Positions 35,133 through 44,759 of a stretch of 44,759 nucleotides of DNA are shown here, piece after piece. Position numbers and translations under genes: made by a program. Source of the stretch: Octopus bimaculoides. Lineage: Eukaryota. The DNA is taken from contig NC_068993.1 of the NCBI RefSeq assembly GCF_001194135.2, positions 12,467,100 through 12,511,858 on the forward strand. Direction: 5' to 3'. A model generated the notes under the pieces. That model was not told where the DNA came from. It searched no databases and saw only the letters and a list, made by a program, of their open reading frames with translations. Every line of letters begins with the position of its first letter. The stretch's first letter is position 1.

Positions 35133-37549
35133 NNNNNNNNNNNNNNNNNNNNNNNNNNNNNNNNNNNNNNNNNNNNNNNNNNNNNNNNNNNNNNNNNNNN
35201 NNNNNNNNNNNNNNNNNNNNNNNNNNNNNNNNNNNNNNNNNNNNNNNNNNNNNNNNNNNNNNNNNNNNNNNNNNNNNNNNNNNNNNNNNNNNNNNNNNNN
35301 NNNNNNNNNNNNNNNNNNNNNNNNNNNNNNNNNTTCTCGTAGTTCCAGCGAGAATTAGGTTCCTTCAGTCCCAGTGGTTCTCATATTAATTAATCCAAAG
35401 CTGGGACTTTAACAGGTGGCACCAAAATTTGGGAAGAACAGAAGCAAAGAGATGTTTTCACATTATACAAAACGCCGGAACTTTTGTGCCAAGTTTCTTC
35501 TACCGGATGTCGGTGAGTTATACAAGGCAGCACACGCAGAGACAATCTCTCTCTCACACACATATATATAATATCGTGTTAGAAATTTATTTTTAACATT
35601 TGATATAGAGAATTTACTTTCGTGTGAACATGTGGAAAGACTATCATTTTTTCTAATCAGATCTTGTTAAGTGGAGTTAGTATTTAATGCTTTTCAGTTA
35701 AGCGTAAATTACTTCCACTGTCTCTTCTTTTGTATCTTTCGGCTTTTTCATTTATAAGTCATTTTATTGTTATATATCTACTATATATTTTGTGATACTG
35801 GTGTGGAGTTATTGTTTTCACTACATTTTACTGCATTTTTTTACTGCATTTGAACGAATGAATATGTTCTGTAGATAGCGTTTTGAAGGTGTTTCCTGTT
35901 AAACGGATATATAACATTTCAATTCCATGCGTGGAATTAGTTCTGGACATTAGAACCATAGAGCAACATTTTTGCTGTTGCGGAAATAAGTTTTTCTTCT
36001 TATAAGAAGAGAATGACCAAAGACACTACTTTATGGTTTGATGATCCCGTTTAAACTCGGGTTCTCTGCTCAGCTGCTGGTTCCACGCTTTGTAATGTTA
36101 CTGATCACCAGCTATTGGTGAATAGCTTCGCTACCTTCCGGAATAAATTGTTGTAAGTAATCATTATATATCCGAAATGAAGCCTCAACTCTGTACTGCT
36201 GTTTTTCTTTGAAATTACTTTGTGCTACTCAAAAGTAGTGTGAAACAAATTCTTTTTTTTTTTTTAACATATTTCCTTATCTGTAACTTCATTTGATACA
36301 CGTCGGCTAATGTAGTCTGCGGCGTGAACAGGTTGGTGAAAACCTTATTACTGTACATTTCTTTTTTTTTTTTACATTTAGCTCAGATTTTTTTGTTTTG
36401 TATAATTTTAGAGTTACTTTATTACATAGATAATCGATAAAGTTGGCTTGCTGTATATTATGAGTTTAGGATACATTTTTATCGATACCTGTTTATTATC
36501 AGCTATATGTACTAAGGTATTTCAAACGAAGAAATAATCTTCATCAATAACACACCAACTCGGGATGTAATTCATGGATGAGTGACTAAATTTCTTCCTG
36601 TGCAGTCATTTGGAAACATCCGTCTTACATAATCAAGGCACATTTAGATGTAGATATTAGAATAAGCTTTTCGATTTTGATACAATTCAGCCAGTTTCTT
36701 TTTTTTACTGTAATTTTTGTTTTTCAAAGGTAGTATATTCTATCAATAACACTGTTCACTTCTCTATCTCGAGATAAATTAAATCTAACCCCTTTTAATT
36801 TTCCGAGAAATCATGTATACCATGATATTTTCAATAGAAATTTAGTCAAAAGATGCTATTCTTGCTGCGAAATTTCTACAAGCTTCATATTTTTAAAGCC
36901 AGATATATTTCCATTAGATGTAACTACCACCGAATTACTCCTCTATCAGTAATTGTCTTTTGAAATCTTTAATATTTTGTTTCAAAGTGCAGCCAGCTGA
37001 CAACAATGTTGTACGTTTTGGTTTTAATAACACATTATTTCAATTAACAAAGTGAAAAAATCAATTTTCCACAAGCATTCCCAGGTATATTTGGTTTCAA
37101 AAGAAACAAGAATCGCAGCGTTTATAATTCAATGGTGACTACACAACGGCGCCACCGCATCTGTCAATGGTAGTTTTCTGACGACTTTGCGCTACAAAAT
37201 TTGCTTAAGTGACAAATTACTTTTTTATTTTAATGTAATAATAGAAGTGTTTAGTCATTAATGACAGGGTTGCGACTATTCTCTTCGCAATTACGTGCTT
37301 CCAAACTACTTATTCAAACACGAAGATCTATTACATACCTTTCAACATTCAGAAATTCAAATGGTGTTTATTTTCGTGAATTCGAAGGCTATGTAATCTT
37401 AAACAGCATATATTATAATATACAAATATATGTGGGACATATAAAATACACTTAAAGATCTTGAGATGTTTCTCTTCCTCAACTAAAAGTATTGCATACA
37501 CATGCAATGGTCAACTTATTCGTTAATTTACATTTCTATATACCTAACT

Positions 37550-37602
37550 TTCCTTATATACATTTATATCTTATCTGTTCCTCTATGTATCTCTCTCAGA
37601 GC

Positions 37603-37673
<71 letters not shown>

Positions 37674-37832
37674 CATCCATAATACATGCAAACATATATT
37701 TAGGTAGCATAAAAGGCATTTTAACTCCTATTTCTAAATTCGTTGCATGGTGAAGCAATTAGCTGACCCCCGTTTATAATTATGTTTATAATTACAGAAT
37801 ATTTGTATAATTAGGTACACAGAAAGACAAGC

Positions 37833-37889
<57 letters not shown>

Positions 37890-38213
37890 TATAGATAGAT
37901 AGATAGATAGATAAGAGGCAGCTATTCTCTGTATAGAATACACTTCGTAGTGCTCAAGGGATCTGAACTAGAGCAGCTAGAGGAGGAAATGTACATATAA
38001 AAGGTCCAACTTACACAGAATAGAAATGATATCAGAAATTAAAGGTTTTGAATAGGAGTTATACGAGCACAAAAGCTGTTTCAAGGGGGCTTAGTGGTTC
38101 AAAAGTTTGATTATAACTTGCTTCCATCATCAGATAAACCAGCGTCCGTTTTCAGGGAAGATTTAACATTTGAGATGATGACAGAATGGTGTTTAGCATA
38201 CATACATGCACAC

Positions 38214-38244
<31 letters not shown>

Positions 38245-39001
38245 TGTATGTATATGTACTTCTGTCTTTTACATGCGTGTTCCATTTATTAGACTGTTGT
38301 ATGCTGGGGCACAGCCTTGAAAAATATACAATAAATATGTATATATATATACATATGTATATGTGTGTGTTTATGCGCGAGTGTGTGCATATAGACACAC
38401 GCACATATGTACGGTGTGTGTGCGTAACTGCGGAGGTATATTAAAGAGTAAAAAAAGAGAGAGAGAGAGTGGGAGAGAGAAAGATTGAGCAATATGTAGA
38501 CAAATGAGACATGCGTATATCAATACAGAAAGATAGAGGTTAGCAATTACCTGTATTTCTAAGAGAATGCAAACATACATACATACATACATACAAACAA
38601 ACATACATACATACATACATACATTCATACACATACAGGCACAGATACATTCACTCATACTTCCATACATTCACATACCTATGAACATATATACATGCAG
38701 GCATACATTCACATATGCTTACGTTGCTACAAAGGTTTAGACGCACGCGTTTAGACGCACCCAAAATATGCATGTACATATATACCATCGATGCATACAT
38801 AGCACATTGTCATCAAAAAATGCAGAACTACCAAATACAGAACTACCAAAAGGTTTAGCATTATTCTATCTGTGTAAATCTTTGTAAATAAATCACGTTC
38901 TTTTTTCTTTTATCATATTCTAATTTTATTTTCCCACCTAATATTTTTCTTATCATTTTTATTACTAGTAAGATTGTCAAGATTATTATTGTTTTTACTT
39001 G

Positions 39002-39073
<72 letters not shown>

Positions 39074-39210
39074 GTTTCTGAGTATAACATCAAAACATTC
39101 TCATATTGCGCATATATTTAGGTATTTACAATTTATGCTTATATTCATTACTTATACATTCATTTATAAACGATATGCGTGTGTGTGTCTATATATACAT
39201 ACATACACAC

Positions 39211-39302
<92 letters not shown>

Positions 39303-40155
39303 GTATATATGTATATATATATATATATAATGTATATATGTATACATGTGTGTATGCATATATACATATATATATGTATAAATAGGTATTCAATCACACA
39401 TACATAAAAAATACACATATAATTTTGTGTGTAAGTGTATATATATATGTGTGTGTGTGTGTGTATCAGGTATAGACACATGTATATAAATACATGCACA
39501 CATAACATACAAAATATTGTACACAGGAACATACATGCATATGCATGCAGACATATACAGCTATATACACACATGTATGTATGCACACACGTACACATAT
39601 AAATATAAGCTAAAATTATTTAGATTGTGAACAATACAAGTCACGGAATGATGTAACCTGCGCAAGAATCATGTCGAGACAGGTTCTTTAGAGAGAGAAA
39701 ATTCAAGGGTTGCTGAAGAAAAAGATGAGCAATCGTGTTTTAGACAGCGTTCCACTAGAATCAACATATCACTATACAAAATTCATGATTTTATATGTAC
39801 AGTTTCATGCATATTTTATATTGTCGACATGAAAATATATGTAGAGAATTCTGTATGCAAGTAAATACTAAAACGCGCACGCGCGCACGCATACACCTCC
39901 GCACGTGCTCGCACGGTCGAATACATAGTCATACAGAACCATGCAAATACATACACACTCACATATATATCTGCGGCTGTTTGTGAAGACGTGTGTATAA
40001 ACACATACGCATTAAAACACAACGTCATGTACGTATATTTATACATTTGTGTGTGATTGAATGCATGGATAGGTCTATAAATGTGTATAAATATGTATAC
40101 ATGTATGTTTCTCTCTCTCTCTCTATATATATATACACACACACACATACACCAC

Positions 40156-40199
<44 letters not shown>

Positions 40200-40998
40200 G
40201 TCTTTATATATATNNNNNNNNNNNNNNNNNNNNNNNNNNNNNNNNNNNNNNNNNNNNNNNNNNNNNNNNNNNNNNNNNNNNNNNNNNNNNNNNNNNNNNN
40301 NNNNNNNNNNNNNNNNNNNNNNNNNNNNNNNNNNNNNNNNNNNNNNNNNNNNNNNNNNNNNNNNNNNNNNNNNNNNNNNNNNNNNNNNNNNNNNNNNNNN
40401 NNNNNNNNNNNNNNNNNNNNNNNNNNNNNNNNNNNNNNNNNNNNNNNNNNNNNNNNNNNNNNNNNNNNNNNNNNNNNNNNNNNNNNNNNNNNNNNNNNNN
40501 NNNNNNNNNNNNNNNNNNNNNNNNNNNNNNNNNNNNNNNNNNNNNNNNNNNNNNNNNNNNNNNNNNNNNNNNNNNNNNNNNNNNNNNNNNNNNNNNNNNN
40601 NNNNNNNNNNNNNNNNNNNNNNNNNNNNNNNNNNNNNNNNNNNNNNNNNNNNNNNNNNNNNNNNNNNNNNNNNNNNNNNNNNNNNNNNNNNNNNNNNNNN
40701 NNNNNNNNNNNNNNNNNNNNNNNNNNNNNNNNNNNNNNNNNNNNNNNNNNNNNNNNNNNNNNNNNNNNNNNNNNNNNNNNNNNNNNNNNNNNNNNNNNNN
40801 NNNNNNNNNNNNNNNNNNNNNNNNNNNNNNNNNNNNNNNNNNNNNNNNNNNNNNNNNNNNNNNNNNNNNNNNNNNNNNNNNNNNNNNNNNNNNNNNNNNN
40901 NNNNNNNNNNNNNNNNNNNNNNNNNNNNNNNNNNNNNNNNNNNNNNNNNNNNNNNNNNNNNNNNNNNNNNNNNNNNNNACACATATATATATGCTTAC

Positions 40999-41038
<40 letters not shown>

Positions 41039-41130
41039 ACATAAACTATATATATGTGCATATTTGCAAATATATATGAATGTATGTATATATATATATA
41101 TATACATGACAATGATGCAGGAATGCATAC
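37550..41130. repeat. Dense field of (AT)n, (AC)n, (ATAG)n, (ATAC)n and (ATT)n microsatellites, representative of many such tracts in the window
   Basis: Read directly from the sequence; source of the IY/HT/CV/YLSI ORFs. Confidence 0.9.
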
Positions 41131-42175
41131 ATATATACTTCCTCAGAAATACGCACAGTGTGACACGGATACGTATATAATTATATAGAATCATATACAC
41201 TTATACACGATCACTTGCTTGTATGTGCACACGTGCGTGTGCGCGTGTCGATTTTGTGTCTATGTGTGCATTACATATGCATGCTTCTATGTTCTTATGA
41301 ATGTACATATATGTGAATGTGTTTGTATGTTTACTTTTATTTATGCATGTATGGATGCGTGCACCACTAATTAAGGTCTTCATTTCTCACTCCTATCGTT
41401 TTGTGTTCGATGTACGTCTTCTAGTACAGCCCATAGTTTCCTAAACTTCGAAAATTCAGTGGAAGCCCTTTGTATCAGAGAAGATTGGTTTATTCAAAAG
41501 TATATTCAAACGTAAAATTTATGCAATGAAATGTAACGGATCTAAGCATGTTACAGAGGAGATAGGAAACTTATCTTCAGAAACTAACTGACTTTTCTCT
41601 GGCAGCGTTTTTATACCAGCTAAATACGCCCAACCTTCAGTCTATCCTCTTGGCGTTGAAGTTGCACTAATAAGAACAAGTGTTCCGTAAGAGGAGACTA
41701 GGATCTTTAAATTTATGTTGTGAGGTCGAAGAGGTTGCTTGAAACTCTGTAATAAATTTGTTATTATTGATATCTGTATGACGCATGTAGTATGACTGCT
41801 ATTGCATAGGAAAAGACAACGACTGGCTGCAAAGAATAGTGTAGAGCAATGAAGAAACGTATAAATTACACAGAATCAAATTGAATGGAACATTAGGTGG
41901 CAAAAGAGGGGAAATTCTAGCGCATAATCCATTACATGAGAGGTCTACCAACAGCACTCTGCGATATCTGCGCTTGTTGTTGACAACATCGTTGGTCTGC
42001 CATCGCATGAAAGAGAAATCCTCATGGAGAAAGCTTCTGCATTATATTTGCAAAAATAGCAAAAATTTAAAATAAGCAAATAATGTAAATAACAAAAATC
42101 TGCTTTAAGTGACAATAAAATGAGATATAAATTACAAGTAGCTCTACATAATGTTAATATCTACATAAAAGCTAT

Positions 42176-42240
42176 ATAAGTTGAACCTCTTTAATCTGGT
42201 ATTTTCCGGTTCGGCAACTCCCATGGTCCGGCATGATTTG
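42176..42240 (+). mobile_element. Possible Tigger/pogo-like TIR remnant
   Basis: aagttgaacctctttaatctgg...ccggttcggca...gtccggca resembles TA|CAGTNGAACCTC ends with repeated ccggca motifs. No convincing partner end was found. Confidence 0.35.
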
Positions 42241-43310
42241 AATCTAACTCCATTAGTTTGGGATCCTGCCATCGGGGCATTGCAGTTAGTCACCAGACTT
42301 GTTTATATTTACACCGGAGAGAGTCGGTGACACAGTCGTCTTCGTTTTATGTATTCACCTATATTTTAGCATTTCAGAATGTTGTCCAAGAGACTAAAAG
42401 GTATTTGGTCTATTGAATTACCGCCCGTGTGTAAAAATAAGGAAACTCACAATTTTAGCCTCATTGTGAAAAACAAACATTGTAACTAAGCCAAAAGTTC
42501 CTTTGTTTGTGAACAGAAAAGGACTAGTTTCAATTTATTACCGTTTCGTCAGAGATTGGTATATCTTTTTCTGATTACTGAACGAAGTGTAGGTTTAGCT
42601 ATGTACGTCTTACGTAAACTCAAGCAGAAGTAATTTGACCTGATACTAATTGCATAACTGTAGAAGCGTTGGAAATATGTTTTGTAATATTAATAGAATA
42701 TGGCGATAGATAAGTAGACATGTAAGCTAAACTTACGAGCAAGTGTTTTTTCTTTTTTTTTTAGTAATAATAGATTTTGGCATGACTCAAGAAATCAGAT
42801 ACTCTATTTTATGACTGATTTTACTTTTTGCGTCTAAATAGTTTCAGTATTCATTCAGATCATTAGAGAAAAATACATGTGAATTAGACACAGAATCAAC
42901 GTTGCACTTGGATGCTGCAAATTTGTGTTTCGGAAACATTTAGTAAGAAGATTTCCTTGCTTTCCCTTCGTTCTGACGTGGTGTAGAACTTCCATTTCGA
43001 AATTGATTAATCGTCAGAAATGTAATTGTTATCACCATCATTATCAGTATCGTCATCATATAAAATAACGCATAACATTAAATTTACATATTTTAGAGGC
43101 CCATCGCGTTTCTTTTTTGCGTGTGTTGCTTCTAAATTATTGCATAAATATAGAAATGAATATATGAATAAGTAGATACTGCAGCAAAGGAGAGTGAAAG
43201 GTAAAGCGACAGAGGGAGAAGAACAGAGAAAAGAGAGAAAGAAGAAGAGTGAGAATGAGAGAGGTGGGAACAGATAAAAAGGAAGAAATTTAGACAACTA
43301 AAAATCAATT

Positions 43311-43510
43311 ACACTTTAGGCACAAGGCCGAAAATTTTGAGGGAGGGGCCCAGTCGATTAGATCGACTCCAGTACGTAACTTAATTTATCGACCCCGAAG
43401 GATGAAAGGCAAAGTTAACGTTAGTGGAATTTGAACTCAGGGCGTAAAGACAGACAAAATACCGCTGAGGATTTCACCCGGCGTGCTAATGTGTCTGCCA
43501 GCTCGCTGCC
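43311..43510 (-). mobile_element. SINE family C with a probable 9-bp TSD
   Basis: Body: taatttatcgaccccgaaggatgaaaggcaaag...tctgccagctcgctgcc. gacaactaa occurs at 43293-43301 and 43517-43525. Confidence 0.8.
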
Positions 43511-43828
43511 TTTTTGGACAACTAATGATAAAGTAAAATTGTACCCAAAGATGAATATTTTATGTAAATAGTTTTATTGAATATATATTTAGGAATAATT
43601 CAGTTGGAATTAATACAAACAGGTGCATGTATGTATGTATGATTGCATGTATGTATATGAGTTGTAACGTACGTATGTGTGTACGAGTGTATGTAAATAT
43701 ATATGTATCTATCTATCAAGATATCTAGCAAATTACTCACACAAGTACACACACGCACAAGCGCACAACACATGCACACGTACACACGCACGAGCACACA
43801 CACACACGTACCGATACACACATATATG

Positions 43829-43867
<39 letters not shown>

Positions 43868-44319
43868 ATATTATTAGGGACAAAATCCAAAATTACAGGT
43901 AAAAAACTCAATTAAAATCAATTTATAAAAAATTAAAATTAAGCCTTATAGAAAATTGAGCCTTATAGATAAAGTATATNNNNNNNNNNNNNNNNNNNNN
44001 NNNNNNNNNNNNNNNNNNNNNNNNNNNNNNNNNNNNNNNNNNNNNNNNNNNNNNNNNNNNNNNNNNNNNNNNNNNNNNNNNNNNNNNNNNNNNNNNNNNN
44101 NNNNNNNNNNNNNNNNNNNNNNNNNNNNNNNNNNNNNNNNNNNNNNNNNNNNNNNNNNNNNNNNNNNNNNNNNNNNNNNNNNNNNNNNNNNNNNNNNNNN
44201 NNNNNNNNNNNNNNNNNNNNNNNNNNNNNNNNNNNNNNNNNNNNNNNNNNNNNNNNNNNNNNNNNNNNNNNNNNNNNNNNNNNNNNNNNNNNNNNNNNNN
44301 NNNNNNNNNNNNNNNNNNN

Positions 44320-44364
<45 letters not shown>

Positions 44365-44713
44365 GCAGACGCGCTTACACACACGCTTACCAATATGCTG
44401 GTGTGTATTGGAGTGAGAAATTTCCAGATTAGCGCGTACCGAAATGATATGCCGATCTATGCGATATATATATACATATGTACATAGATACACACACAAA
44501 TATAGGAAGACACAGCAAATCCCTCAGACACTCACTAACACACACACATATACACACACAAACATACACACGTATATGCTCACTTCCATTCTCTCTCATT
44601 CTCTTTCTCTCCCTCTCACACATGTTTGTGTGTCTTTGCGTATATATATATATGTATAATATAATGTAATTTGTACATATTCTCACATATATGTATGTAT
44701 GTATGTATTTATA

Positions 44714-44759
<46 letters not shown>

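Larger units (their letters stand above)
1013..44320. other. Thirteen assembly gaps: 1013-1297, 2943-3334, 4809-4832, 9400-9969, 10649-11298, 12012-12287, 18571-18580, 19505-19952, 28087-28742, 29399-29440, 35133-35333, 40214-40978, 43980-44320
   Basis: Runs of N, nearly all next to simple repeats. Confidence 0.95.

Overview
AT-rich eukaryotic scaffold with 13 N-gaps, nearly all next to microsatellites. The SINE families and repeat landscape look like an octopus (cephalopod) short-read assembly; that assignment is from recollection and was not checked. Almost all ORFs in the supplied track are artefacts of microsatellites or gaps. The window is mostly intronic or intergenic DNA packed with mobile-element debris. 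It holds at least three tRNA-derived SINE families in many copies (some with target-site duplications), an R4/Dong-type LINE endonuclease fragment inside an (AAT)n tract, and an RTE LINE 3' end with a C2H2 finger. It also holds an internally deleted ~1 kb Helitron, a long-TIR MITE, and mariner/Tc1/Tigger remnants. One plausible host terminal exon (22614-22812) looks like the end of a protein kinase domain. The most unusual object is at 756-1733. It is a composite of a tRNA-like head, an (AAT)n tract and a Penelope-type minimal hammerhead ribozyme motif. It is interrupted by the R4/Dong LINE and abutted by an inverted, ribozyme-deleted copy of its own tail. No multi-gene system, CRISPR array, rRNA or intact tRNA was found.
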